A model generated the notes under the pieces. The model searched no databases. It was not told the DNA's origin and saw only the letters and a list, made by a program, of their open reading frames with translations. DNA of 63,930 nt, the filler included, from Octopus bimaculoides (Eukaryota), in assembly GCF_001194135.2 (NCBI RefSeq). It is 6 parts of 6 records of this genome, joined end to end, with 100 filler letters (N's around TTAATTAATTAA, not from the genome) between each part and the next. Parts side by side here need not be neighbours in the genome. Positions count along the whole stretch, not along the records: positions 48,816 to 59,710 come from NC_069010.1; positions 59,811 to 62,682 come from NC_068993.1; positions 62,783 to 63,930 come from NC_068992.1; 3 more parts are not named here. One strand, given 5' to 3'. Positions 53,301 to 63,930 of the stretch are shown one piece after another (the first letter of the stretch is position 1; every line of letters starts with the position of its first letter). A program made the position numbers and the translations under genes.

Positions 53301-54760
53301 CATCATCATCATTATCACCATCATTGTTTCACGTCCGTTTTTCATGCTTGCATGGGTTGGAAGGTTTGACTGAGGTCTGGAAAGCCAGTGGCTGCACCAG
53401 GCTCCAATCTTATCTGGCAATGTTTCTACAGCTGGATACCCTTCCTAACGTCAACCATTCTGAGAGTGCAGTGGGTGCTTTTTACATGCCACTGGCACAG
53501 GAGCCAGCCAGGAGGCACTGGCATCGTCCACATTCGGATGGTACGTTTTATATGCCACCAGCATAGGAGCCAGTCAGGTGGCCCTGGCATCGATCACGTT
53601 CAGATAGTGCTTTTTACATGCCACTGGCATAGGAGCCAGTCAGGGGGCACTGGCATTGGCCATGTTCAGATGGTGCATTTTACATGCTGTCGGCACAGGA
53701 GCCAGTCAGGCGAACCTGGCATTGACCACGTTTGGATGGTGCTTTTCATGTGTCACTGGAATGGGAGTCAGTTAGGGGGCACTAGCTACAGCTACGATTT
53801 TGGTTTTACTTGACTCAACAGATTTTCTCAAGCATATTATATCACCCGACGCTTCAAGGGGACTTCTAAATGGCATCGGCCATGGCTGTGATCTCATTTT
53901 AGTTACCCGGTCTTCTCAATTACAGCATATCTCCAAAGGTCATGGTCTCCTGTCATTGTCTCTGTGAAGCCCAACGTTCAATGGTCATGCTTCACCACCT
54001 CATCCCATGTCTTCTTGGGTCTACCTCTTCCACAGATTCCCTCAACTGCTAGGGTGTGACGTCTCTCTGCACACATTTGATGCTTCTTATGTCAAACTTT
54101 TCTCTCATGGTGCTTACACTCTGTCGTGTATGCACACTGATATTATACATCCAGCGGATGATGCTAGCTTCATTTCTTTCAAGCCTACGCATGTCCTCAG
54201 CAGTCATGGCCCATGTTTCACTGCCATGTAGCATGGCAGTTCACACACATACATCATACAGTCTACCTTTCATCATGAGCAAGAGACCCTTAGTTGCCAG
54301 TAGAGATAGGAGCTCTCTGAACTTTGTTCAGCCTATTCTTATTCTAGCCGCTACACTCTCAGAGCAACCACCCCCACTACAGACTTGGTTGCCTAGGTAG
54401 CGGAAGCTATCAACTACTTCTAGATTTTTCCCCTGGCATGTGATTGAATCTGTTTTCTGTACATCTTCAGTGTTTATTGCTCCTGTGCATTTGCCACATA
54501 CAAAAACTATCTTCCTGGCTAACTTTGCTTTGATATTGCGGCACCTTTTATGTGTCCATAACTTACAACGGGTACATCATAGGGAGTTTCTATCAACACC
54601 TTTTCTACAGATTGAGCAGGCTTTCTCCAAGTCAACAAAAGCCAAGTACAGAGGTTTATCTTTGGCTAGATATTTCTCATGCAGCTGTCTTACCAGAAAT
54701 ATAGCATCAGTGGTGTTTCTGCCTGGCACAAAACCAAACTGCATCTCATCTAGGCTAAGT
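53301..54760 (-). mobile_element. 5'-truncated, internally deleted RTE-clade LINE with 3' UTR and (GAT)n tail
   Basis: Minus-strand RT motifs LDEMQFGFVPGRNTTDAIFLVRQLHEKYLAKDKPLYLAFVDLEKA and LHGSETWAMTAEDMRRLERNE..., then a 3' UTR with 66-bp tandem units ending in gatgatgat. Confidence 0.88.
53470..53785. repeat. About 4.5 copies of a 66-bp tandem unit inside the RTE 3' UTR
   Basis: Unit approximately ggtgctttttacatgccactggcacaggagccagtcaggcggcactggcatcgaccacgttcggat; appears as a 22-aa repeat in the 53388-53813 ORF. Confidence 0.85.
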
Positions 54761-54853
54761 CTCGGGGGCGTAAACACAGCAACATCGATTGTCAAGGGAT
54801 GTTGGGGGGACAAACACAGACACACAAACATATACACACATACATATATATAC

Positions 54854-54888
<35 letters not shown>

Positions 54889-55649
54889 CGACAAGCTTCT
54901 TTCCGTTTCCATCTACCAAATCCACTCACAATGCTTTGGTCAGCCCAAGGCTATAGTAGAAGACACTTGCCTAAGGTGCCATGCAGTGGGACTGAACCCA
55001 GAACCATGTGATTGGGAAGCAAGCTACTTATCACACAGCCACTCCTACGCCTACAATGCAAAACAATATCTGATATCTTCTACTTGTTTCAGTNNNNNNN
55101 NNNNNNNNNNNNNNNNNNNNNNNNNNNNNNNNNNNNNNNNNNNNNNNNNNNNNNNNNNNNNNNNNNNNNNNNNNNNNNNNNNNNNNNNNNNNNNNNNNNN
55201 NNNNNNNNNNNNNNNNNNNNNNNNNNNNNNNNNNNNNNNNNNNNNNNNNNNNNNNNNNNNNNNNNNNNNNNNNNNNNNNNNNNNNNNNNNNNNNNNNNNN
55301 NNNNNNNNNNNNNNNNNNNNNNNNNNNNNNNNNNNNNNNNNNNNNNNNNNNNNNNNNNNNNNNNNNNNNNNNNNNNNNNNNNNNNNNNNNNNNNNNNNNN
55401 NNNNNNNNNNNNNNNNNNNNNNNNNNNNNNNNNNNNNNNNNNNNNNNNNNNNNNNNNNNNNNNNNNNNNNNNNNNNNNNNNNNNNNNNNNNNNNNNNNNN
55501 NNNNNNNNNNNNNNNNNNNNNNNNNNNNNNNNNNNNNNNNNNNNNNNNNNNNNNNNNNNNNNNNNNNNNNNNNNNNNNNNNNNNNNNNNNNNNNNNNNNN
55601 NNNNNNNNNNNNNNNNNNNNNNNNNNNNNNNNNNNNNNNNNNNNAACTG

Positions 55650-56030
55650 CAGCCATGCCGGAGCACCGCCTTTAGTCAAACAAGTCGACTCCAGGACTTA
55701 TTCTTTCTAAGCCTAGTACTTATTCTATCGATCTTTTTTGCTGAACTGCTAAGTTGCAGTGATGTAAACTCAGCAACATGGATTGTCAAGTGATGGTGGG
55801 GGGACAAACACCGACAAACAAACAAACATATATATACGCCGGGTTTCTTTTAGTTTCCATCTAACAAATCCACTCACAAGGCTTTGGTCTGCCCAAGGCT
55901 ATAGTAGAAGGCACTTGCCCAAGCTTCCACACAGTGGGACTGAACCCGGAACTATGTGGTTGGTAAGCAAGCCACTTACCACACAGCCACTCCTGCACCT
56001 ATATATATATACACACATACATACAATGGG
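55650..56030 (-). mobile_element. SINE family A copy, minus strand
   Basis: Reverse complement of the family A consensus; further minus-strand partial copies at about 28380-28540, 35480-35650 and 54762-55055. Confidence 0.8.
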
Positions 56031-56367
56031 CTACTTTCAGTTTCCTTCTACCATATCCACTCACAATGCTTTGGTTGGCCCGTGGCTATAGTAGAAGACA
56101 CTTGCTCAAGGTACCACTCAGTAGGTCTAAACCTGGAACAATGTATTTGGGATGCAAATTTCTTACCACACAACCACTCTTGTGACTATATATAAACATT
56201 AAAGCTAGTAACATTAGATAACAAGTGTTTATTACAGTCTTCAAAGGTCTCCTCAGTTTGGGATGTGTTACTTAAAATATTGTTATTTCTTTAAATTTAC
56301 TTTACTTAATTAAATTGTAATGTATGTTCTATATTCATGACCAGGGCTGTTACACATTTCCTTTTAG

Positions 56368-56454
56368 GCTATCTTTAATAGTAATGGACACAGCTTAAAA
56401 TTGAAACTCCCTGATGAGAAATCTGGATGGAAAGTGGAATTCAGAACAATGGAG
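56368..56454 (+). CDS. GCLC-like: GCLC-like internal exon (AIFNSNGHSLKLKLPDEKSGWKVEFRTME)
   Basis: catttccttttag acceptor; GAG|GTAACA donor; 87 nt, phase 0/0. GWKVEFRTME matches GCLC GWRVEFRPME; the first half departs from NIQSTNWQTMRFKPP. Confidence 0.9.
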
Positions 56455-57179
56455 GTAACATTTTATTAGGAACTGTTTTTGTATTAGATATTTTGTATCA
56501 GATATAGTTTCAGTTCCTGTATAAGAAAGGTTGCTGAAAATTCCTGATTTTGGGTAAAAAGAAGATACAGGAGGATCAATTAATTATGATTTGATTCAAC
56601 ATATTCTCCTCTCAGATTCATATACTTATTGCAGCAGTCCTTCAGTTTTTCTAAGCCCTGTAAAAGAACTTGCAAGGTTGGGCCTCCAACCAAGCCTTTT
56701 GCAGTACCCTTAAAAACAAGAACTTCTCAGCGCCCCCTCATAGTTTCAACAAAATTGGGCTGATAATACATCTTGGGCCTCCACTGCATATCTTCATCCC
56801 CGGTTGTCTTGAGCTGGTCTTGCTACTGGATTGAAGTTGAAGGTGGTCATAGACGAGAAAATGAGGCTGACAATGCACAATTCTTTTTCAACAAAATCAC
56901 CATGCAAGTCATTGATCCTCCATAAGGATGACTAGGCAGTCCTTGTCACTCCAATGGACGAACATAGTTTAGGAGTAATCATGTGGATGGTGAGTTTGCT
57001 CTTCAACCATATGGCTTTGAGTTCAATCCTCCTTAAAGATACCTGGAGAAAGTGTCTTCCAATAGTTTGGTGTTGTCCAATACTTTCAGGGTAGAATTTG
57101 GTGTACACTTTCAATGGTATCAGTCACTGGACTCTGGTCAAGCTGGAGCAACTAACTGTACATTGGAATTCCTCCAATA

Positions 57180-57683
57180 ACGATAAACAGGGCCTTAAGT
57201 TGAATTCAGATGGCTATGTAAAGCTGCTGGGGACTGGTCAAACCTTGGCTGAAGGGGATTATTACTAGAAGCCCATATGTGTGGCTGCAGGATTCGATTC
57301 CTTACCGTACCAGCTCAGAGTCAGAAGTGGTTCCTGGAGAATTTCTAAAACTTCATCAGCTCCAATTTTTGTCCCCCTATTTCCCCAGATTGTAATCCTA
57401 TGTGTGGGGCTCAATTGAAGAAGACACTAACCATTCTGCTTGTAAAGCAAGGCCGAACTGGAAGCCAACATGAGGAAGATGGCCAAAGAATGCATGCACT
57501 GCGTTCCAGAGCCATCTTGAGGCCATGTTGGAAACTGAGGGTGACTGCCTTCAGTAAATTTTTATCTCCCAGCCATAATCTAGTTGATTTTTTTTTATTT
57601 CTGAAAATGCTTTTATTTTTGGATGGGATATTGTGGCTTCTTTTCCTTTTATGCAAACTGTCAAGTTTAGCCTGAACACCCAA
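57180..57683 (+). mobile_element. 3' fragment of a maT/Tc1-like transposon (same family as 31250-31692)
   Basis: Remnant GLKLNSDGYVKLL..KPWLKGII...YVWLQDS...SQKWFLENF; clear nucleotide similarity to the 31250-31692 copy, including the 3' end. Confidence 0.7.
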
Positions 57684-57718
57684 TAAATTTCAACAATGTT
57701 TTTTTTATGTATTTCCAG

Positions 57719-57823
57719 GATCAGTTGACTGACTTTGAAAATGCTGCGCTTATTGTATTCCTTATTCTTCTTAACCGAGCTATAGTTACTCTCAAGCTAA
57801 ACCTTTTGATCCCAATAACAAAG
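57719..57823 (+). CDS. GCLC-like: GCLC-like internal exon (DQLTDFENAALIVFLILLNRAIVTLKLNLLIPITK)
   Basis: T-rich tract + tttccag acceptor; AAG|GTAAAT donor; 105 nt, phase 0/0. About 20/35 identities by hand to recalled human [35 protein letters not shown]. Confidence 0.92.
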
Positions 57824-58519
57824 GTAAATATTGATTTCTTATATTAAAATGTTTATTTCTATATAATAAGCATTGAACTTTTTTATCTGTAAGATAAATA
57901 TAAGCTGAGATTTGAGTGGTCAGTTCTTTGCTGGTGTCATCAATCATTTGTTGAACCCCATTCATATTAGTTGGCTTTACATTACGATACAGTGATTTCT
58001 ACCACAAATTTGATTGGTCAGTTGTTTGCCAACGTCATCAGCCTCTTATAAAATCTTGTTCACCTCTTTACCTTTCTACACAGTATTTTGGGTTGGATTG
58101 CTAGGGAATGACTTGATGCTAAGATCTCAAATCGTTTGTGGGGCAAGAACAATCACAAACATAAACACACGCACACGTATACATAAGAGTGCTTCTTAGT
58201 TAATTTGCCAAGATCTATTTGATCTCCCTTTGTATTATATATATGTATATAGTGCACTGTTCAGTGATGGTGAGATTAACAAAAATAGTGCTCCATCTAT
58301 CAATATCTATATTTTATGTGATGAAAGCATGCCAGAAGAGTTTTTTTAATATATCTGGTGTCTCAGCGCAATCTTCAGGCACTACTCACATGGCATAACA
58401 AACTAAAATTAAGATGATAGGATGAGAAAAAAGTGAGAAAAGGCAAGAAAGAAGTAGATATAAAAAATGGTGAGTTGAAAAACTGGAAAAAGGCAAAGGA
58501 AGAGAAACTAAAGTTATTT

Positions 58520-59300
58520 CTCCTTTGACTAAGGCTGAAAAGATAGTGGCTTTGAGCTTGTGGTACAGCTGCTCAATTCAGAGAGGGTGGTACTTTCCGT
58601 TTCATCAACAAAAGCTTAACCATATGATTACAACAACTGAAAATTTTGGATTTACAATTCAACAGTGTGTTAAAGTTCTTAGATCTGAAAAGGATCTAAG
58701 TTCTTTCAGCTATGCATATCTTAACACACTGTTTAACTGTAGATCTGAAATTTTCAGCAGTTATAAGCATATAGCTAAGTTCCTGATGAAATATTATTAG
58801 GGACTGTACACAATTTTGTTTTTCCAGACGGGTCAGTGTCCTATTTTTGATAGACAAGGCATTCTTTAATCTTATTGATACCAATTTTCTTTTTGTGGCA
58901 ATTCTTTGTTCTATGATACAAACCTTGTGATTTTAAGATATTTTCATTTCAATATATAAAATACTCTGTCTATGTGTGTTTCCTCAATGCACTCTTAAAT
59001 CTCTGGAGGGAACTTCTTTCATTGAAAATTCTCAATAACAAATTAACTGTTTCATCAAAACAAATCTCATCTGGTTTCTTCAGAAGAATATAGTTACAAT
59101 ATTTTTCATGTTCGGGAGGGGATAACCTTCTTCTCACCATTCCAATTTCTACATTCTTCTTTGAATATTTCTTCATGTCTTCTAAAATATGCAGAAAAAG
59201 TAGTACCTTCTTCTGGGTTATAAATAACTTCTCCAATTGAATTTGCTATGTTGTCTGATGAGAACAAACCTGAAGTGTTTTTAGACTTCTTTAACATTAC
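58520..59300 (-). mobile_element. Gypsy-type LTR retrotransposon gag relic
   Basis: Frameshifted minus-strand IANSIGEVIYNPEEGTTFSAYFRRHEEIF and LSPPEHEKYCNYILLKKPDEICFDETVNLLLRIF, matching the gag N-terminal motif of K02A2.6-like Gypsy elements (recalled). Confidence 0.7.
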
Positions 59301-59710
59301 TTCCAGTAACTATTGGGATTGTTGTTGTAACTGCTGTTTTTGCAAGTTAAAAACATTCCCAACAATTCAACTTCTCTGGTTGACATTAACACCCCCACCC
59401 CCAATAGGGGCCTTAACTCCTACATTTTTCAGCTCCAAGAGCTCCATTCTTCATGAGCAAAATCCTTTTTACAGGGTCCATAACACTAGAATTTTTGAAT
59501 ATGCGCATAAATATCAGATATATAAAGATGAGAATATGTGTCTGTGTGAATCCATAAAACTCGAGAACTACACAACCAATTTCATTTGAAATTAACACAT
59601 GCCTTCACTCATCTGGGAAGGCCTTGAAATCAATGTTACCAACTGGGGACTATATGTGTCGCAGTGATAATAAAAAGACTGAAAGGAGGTCTGCAGCGAA
59701 ATAATTTTAC

Positions 59711-59810
59711 NNNNNNNNNNNNNNNNNNNNNNNNNNNNNNNNNNNNNNNNNNNNTTAATTAATTAANNNNNNNNNNNNNNNNNNNNNNNNNNNNNNNNNN
59801 NNNNNNNNNN
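59711..59810. other. Artificial scaffold-join spacer
   Basis: 44 N + TTAATTAATTAA (59755-59766) + 44 N. Confidence 0.95.
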
Positions 59811-59811
59811 A

Positions 59812-59852
<41 letters not shown>

Positions 59853-59960
59853 AAAAGAAAGGAAGATGCATAAGGATGAGAAAAGGAAGGAAAGAAGAAG
59901 AAGAAGAAGAAGAAGAAGAAGAAGAAGAAGAAGAAGAAGAAGAAGAAGAAGAAGAAGAAG
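59811..59960. repeat. (GAAA)n and (GAA)n purine microsatellites
   Basis: Read directly. Confidence 0.9.
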
Positions 59961-60179
59961 GATGAGCAGAAGAAGGAGGAGGTAGGAGGAGGGTGGAAAG
60001 GAGGATAGGAAAAGGTTATGTTAGGATAAGTAAATTGTTAGAGACAAACGACCATTTTACACTTGTTTGTAAATCCCATAATGATATTTGCCGGAAGATA
60101 AAAGTGGGCTGAACACGCAAAGAAGGAAGAATCGCAGGCGAATACCACACATACTCATACACCCGACATTATCACTAAC

Positions 60180-60500
60180 TCATACGCACAAGATCGCAAG
60201 CACACACATGCACGTACACACACACGCACGCACACACTCACACACATGCATGCACACGCAGGCACACGTATAAACACGCTCCTCGCACAGATACACATGC
60301 ATACGCACGCGCACGTACGCACAAACACAAACACGCACGCACAGGCACACATACACGCGTGCACAAGCACACGCACGCACACACACATATACATACACAC
60401 ACACACATGCACACACACGCACAGATACATACATACGCACTCACATACACACAATCACATACAAACGCACACACTTTCTCTCTCTCTGTCTTAATCTCTC
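60180..60500. repeat. Degenerate (CA)n/(CG) low-complexity tract
   Basis: Read directly; explains the His/Thr-rich and Cys/Val-rich ORFs. Confidence 0.85.
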
Positions 60501-60768
60501 TCTCTCTGTCTATTTCTATCTTATTCACTTACACAAATGCGCAGACAGGTAAGTGCAAACTTTTATAGAACACGTGCTAAACATGCCGGCACCTACCACT
60601 GCACTTACACGTGTAGACATGATTGTGTGGTCTCTTTGCAACTGCATGGTTTCAAGTTCAATACAGCTACGTGACACCCACCTCAGACAATTGTTTTCAA
60701 CAATAGCCTTAGGCAGACCAATACCATGTCAGTGAATTTAGTAGAGGTAAGTTGAGTGGAAGACATTC

Positions 60769-60806
<38 letters not shown>

Positions 60807-60994
60807 NNNNNNNNNNNNNNNNNNNNNNNNNNNNNNNNNNNNNNNNNNNNNNNNNNNNNNNNNNNNNNNNNNNNNNNNNNNNNNNNNNNNNNNNNNNNNN
60901 NNNNNNNNNNNNNNNNNNNNNNNNNNNNNNNNNNNNNNNNNNNNNNNNNNNNNNNNNNNNNNNNNNNNNNNNNNNNNNNNNNNNNNNNNNNNNN

Positions 60995-61026
<32 letters not shown>

Positions 61027-61250
61027 CAATTGAATAAGATAGAGTCAACAAGGAGTACGGTTGGACAGTTATTTTGTAATCACTACACATGTTTCCGTAC
61101 AACATAAGTTCTTCATATATACAGGAATTTGGTTATGCAACGATTTACCTGTATAATGCGTTCCAGTTGTATTTCTTCAGGTGATATTCAATTGTACTCT
61201 ATTTTGTACTCTGCTACGTTCCTATCGGAATATACCTTAAATATATATAA

Positions 61251-61360
61251 ACCCACGCCCTCATCTCTTCAGTTATCTGGTCATTGAAAATTGCTATGAA
61301 AATGACCATTTTCATAGCAATTTTCAATGGTCAGATAATTGAAGACATGGCGGCGTGGGT
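61251..61360. repeat. Foldback palindrome, 55-nt arms with a 2-nt centre
   Basis: Centred on 61305/61306; the central 39 bp pair fully on the + strand allowing G-U. Confidence 0.9.
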
Positions 61361-61394
61361 ATCCGCCCCAGCATCCGAAACTCGGAGTTTTATC
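61334..61394 (+). ncRNA. Degenerate type I hammerhead motif (C3>U core change)
   Basis: GAUAA-UUGAAGA-CAUGGCGG...CCGCC..CAUCC-GAAAC-UCGGAG-UU-UUAUC. 5-bp stem I; ACU/AGU helix III. The inverted copy at about 61262-61277 keeps CTGAAGA. Confidence 0.45.
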
Positions 61395-61571
61395 ATGGCT
61401 ACCAAATAATTGTCACATATTTTTACAGGTAAATTTCTCTATTTACATAATATCGAGGTCTATTCCTTTCTTTTTGTTGTTTTTCTATCAATATATATAT
61501 ACATTTCATTTCATTTTATTCATTTATTTATTTATTAAATTAATTTGCAAATATTATACCAATGTATAATG

Positions 61572-61603
<32 letters not shown>

Positions 61604-61638
61604 TATATATATAGATTGATAGATAGACAGATAGATAA

Positions 61639-61681
<43 letters not shown>

Positions 61682-61687
61682 CATACA

Positions 61688-61721
<34 letters not shown>

Positions 61722-62122
61722 GATAAAGAGAGAGAGAGAGAGAGAGAGAGAGTAACAGTGTTTTTATATTACACATATGTATTCGTGCTTACACTTACAC
61801 ACATAAACACATAAATACATTAACGATCCAGTGAAAGGATATTGGCACACAAGCCTGAATGCACTCCTAAACCTACCTGTTGCTGCTCTCAGACTCTCAT
61901 GTTAATATGCCTCCCCATTGAAATACGCGCAGCAGTGTTTAAAAAAAGAAAAATGCTAAGGAAAGTGCTGACATCTTTCATCGTTTACTTGTTTCAGTCG
62001 TTGGACTGTTGCCAAGCTGCAGTAGTGCTTTCAAGCGTTTAGTCAAGCAAGTCGTCTCCTTAACTTACTTTTAATTCTGTCTACACTATGCTGAACCACC
62101 AAGTTATCCAGCTGTGGAGGAT

Positions 62123-62167
<45 letters not shown>

Positions 62168-62682
62168 AAAAATATGTATGTATGTATGTATGTATACAAG
62201 TATGTAGGTATGTCATTATTCAGAATTATTTCAAGAGTTCTACCAATACAGAAAGAGTCGGTTTCTAACCTAGATTCAATTGGAATTTCAACAGCATCAA
62301 CAGGATTTTTTATCATTTATGTATGTATGTATGTATGTATGTATGTATGTATGTATGCATGTCATTGTTCGGTTTTATTTCATGATTTCTTGCCAATACA
62401 AAAAGAACCAGTTTCAAAGCTCCTTCATTGGAATCTCAACATCAACAACAGAGTATTTTTGTTTGCGTGTATGTATGTATGTATGTTTGTATGCATATGT
62501 GCAGATTTGCAAAGTTTTGCTTTATGCATGTATTCTCATGCATATAGTTGCATATCCAGACATGCTCATATGATAAACGATAAATGATAACGTCTGGAAA
62601 ATTTTACAGATTTTTACAGTTCCAGTGATGGATTGGATCTGTTGTCCTTGAATAATCTTTCTCCTTTCAGGTTTTGAGAAGC

Positions 62683-62782
62683 NNNNNNNNNNNNNNNNNN
62701 NNNNNNNNNNNNNNNNNNNNNNNNNNTTAATTAATTAANNNNNNNNNNNNNNNNNNNNNNNNNNNNNNNNNNNNNNNNNNNN
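62683..62782. other. Artificial scaffold-join spacer
   Basis: 44 N + TTAATTAATTAA (62727-62738) + 44 N. Confidence 0.95.
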
Positions 62783-63346
62783 TATATATATATATATATA
62801 TATGTCACTGTGTCTGTGTGTGAAGCTATATAGAAACATGATGTGTGATGTGTATGCATGCATACCATTCTATGGTTGGAAATCATGAGAGATGTGTGTA
62901 TTGCTAAACATTTTCCAACGGAATATAATTTCATGCGAAAGAAATTGTAAGTGGACACATATAGACGCAATGTGTGTGCGTGTGTTTGTACACACACATA
63001 CATATATATGTGTGTGTGTGTATGTGTGTATGTGTGTGTATGTGTGTGTATGTGTGTGTGGGTGTCTGTGTGTGTGTAGCACTTAGGGAAAACCATATTT
63101 TAGTCATATATTTCTATTTATTTTGGACATTCAACAACTTCAATTCATCCAATATTAGGAACTTTGACCATAATGAAAATATTTTCAATGAAATACTATA
63201 TGGTGTATTGCCTTTCCTTAAATATTTTTTCGGTGTATGGCATTTTTATTAGACTGCTATCAAAATGACTTAGATATATTTCTCGTTTTTCATATGAAGA
63301 TATTTGTATGCTGAAAATCACTCTCATACACACACGCACAAACTGA

Positions 63347-63378
<32 letters not shown>

Positions 63379-63829
63379 CTGCGTATGTAAGTGCAGATGT
63401 TAGTACACACTGAAATTTATACATATAAATAGACAAAATCACATATTTAGATATATACATTTCATAAATGTATGAGTTAGAAATCAAATATTATATGTAA
63501 ACAATTCACAGAACTAGATTACTCAATTTGAATTTAGATCTTCAGAAGGCATCATATACAAAGCAGATGCGAGACCTCACATTAACAAACATTGTATTAT
63601 CATATAATCAAGTACACATGCGCGCATGCATACGCACAAACACACACACTCTCTTTCGCTTTCTCTGTCTGTCTGTTTCTCCCCCCCCTCTCTCTCTCTC
63701 TAATTATAGATATATAATTAGTTTGAATATACATAAATATATACGAGTATGCATATATTATATGCATATACGCATAGATGGAGACACTGACTCGTTCGTA
63801 TAAATATATATATATAACATGTAATATAT

Positions 63830-63861
<32 letters not shown>

Positions 63862-63865
63862 TACA

Positions 63866-63907
<42 letters not shown>

Positions 63908-63930
63908 ATATATATATATAGTTATATATA

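Noticed and set aside
53470-53785. 66-bp repeat array as a CRISPR array or a 22-aa repeat protein
   Set aside because: The units are contiguous with no unique spacers, there are no cas genes, the context is eukaryotic, and the array lies in a LINE 3' UTR.
2365-57823. A WDR35 / guanylyl cyclase / GCLC-like gene cluster or nested same-strand genes
   Set aside because: The three genes lie on different assembly pieces separated by artificial linkers, so adjacency is not supported.
1-63930. Most ORFs in the supplied track (poly-YI, HT, CV, H, L, V and X-rich)
   Set aside because: They are translations of microsatellites, N gaps or SINEs, with no splice or homology support.

Overview
AT-rich, microsatellite-dense animal genomic DNA with many N gaps. 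The SINE/LINE repertoire points to an octopus or other coleoid cephalopod (inference). The window is not one contiguous locus. Five identical 100-nt spacers (44 N + TTAATTAATTAA + 44 N) split it into six assembly pieces: 1-21736, 21837-41950, 42051-48715, 48816-59710, 59811-62682 and 62783-63930. I found internal coding exons of three genes by reading splice sites and translating; the ORF track misses most of them. (1) Piece 1: four + strand exons of WDR35/IFT121, with one expected exon missing, probably inside an N gap. (2) Piece 3: one + strand exon of a receptor-type guanylyl cyclase or natriuretic-peptide-receptor extracellular domain. (3) Piece 4: three + strand exons of a strongly diverged glutamate-cysteine ligase catalytic subunit (GCLC) paralogue. 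It keeps the catalytic VEFR motif but has replaced the normally invariant QSTNWQTMRFKPP substrate-site motif, and it is the most interesting item here. The rest is transposon-derived: mariner and maT (DD37D) elements, RTE, L1/Tx1, Penelope-like and Gypsy relics, several MITE families, tRNA-type SINEs and simple repeats. Structured-RNA candidates are one core-intact minimal hammerhead ribozyme (47743-47821, minus strand), a foldback carrying a core-mutated hammerhead (61251-61394) and a pri-miRNA-shaped hairpin in a WDR35 intron (5675-5759). No rRNA, tRNA gene or CRISPR array is supported. All homology calls come from recognising motifs by eye; no database search was run.
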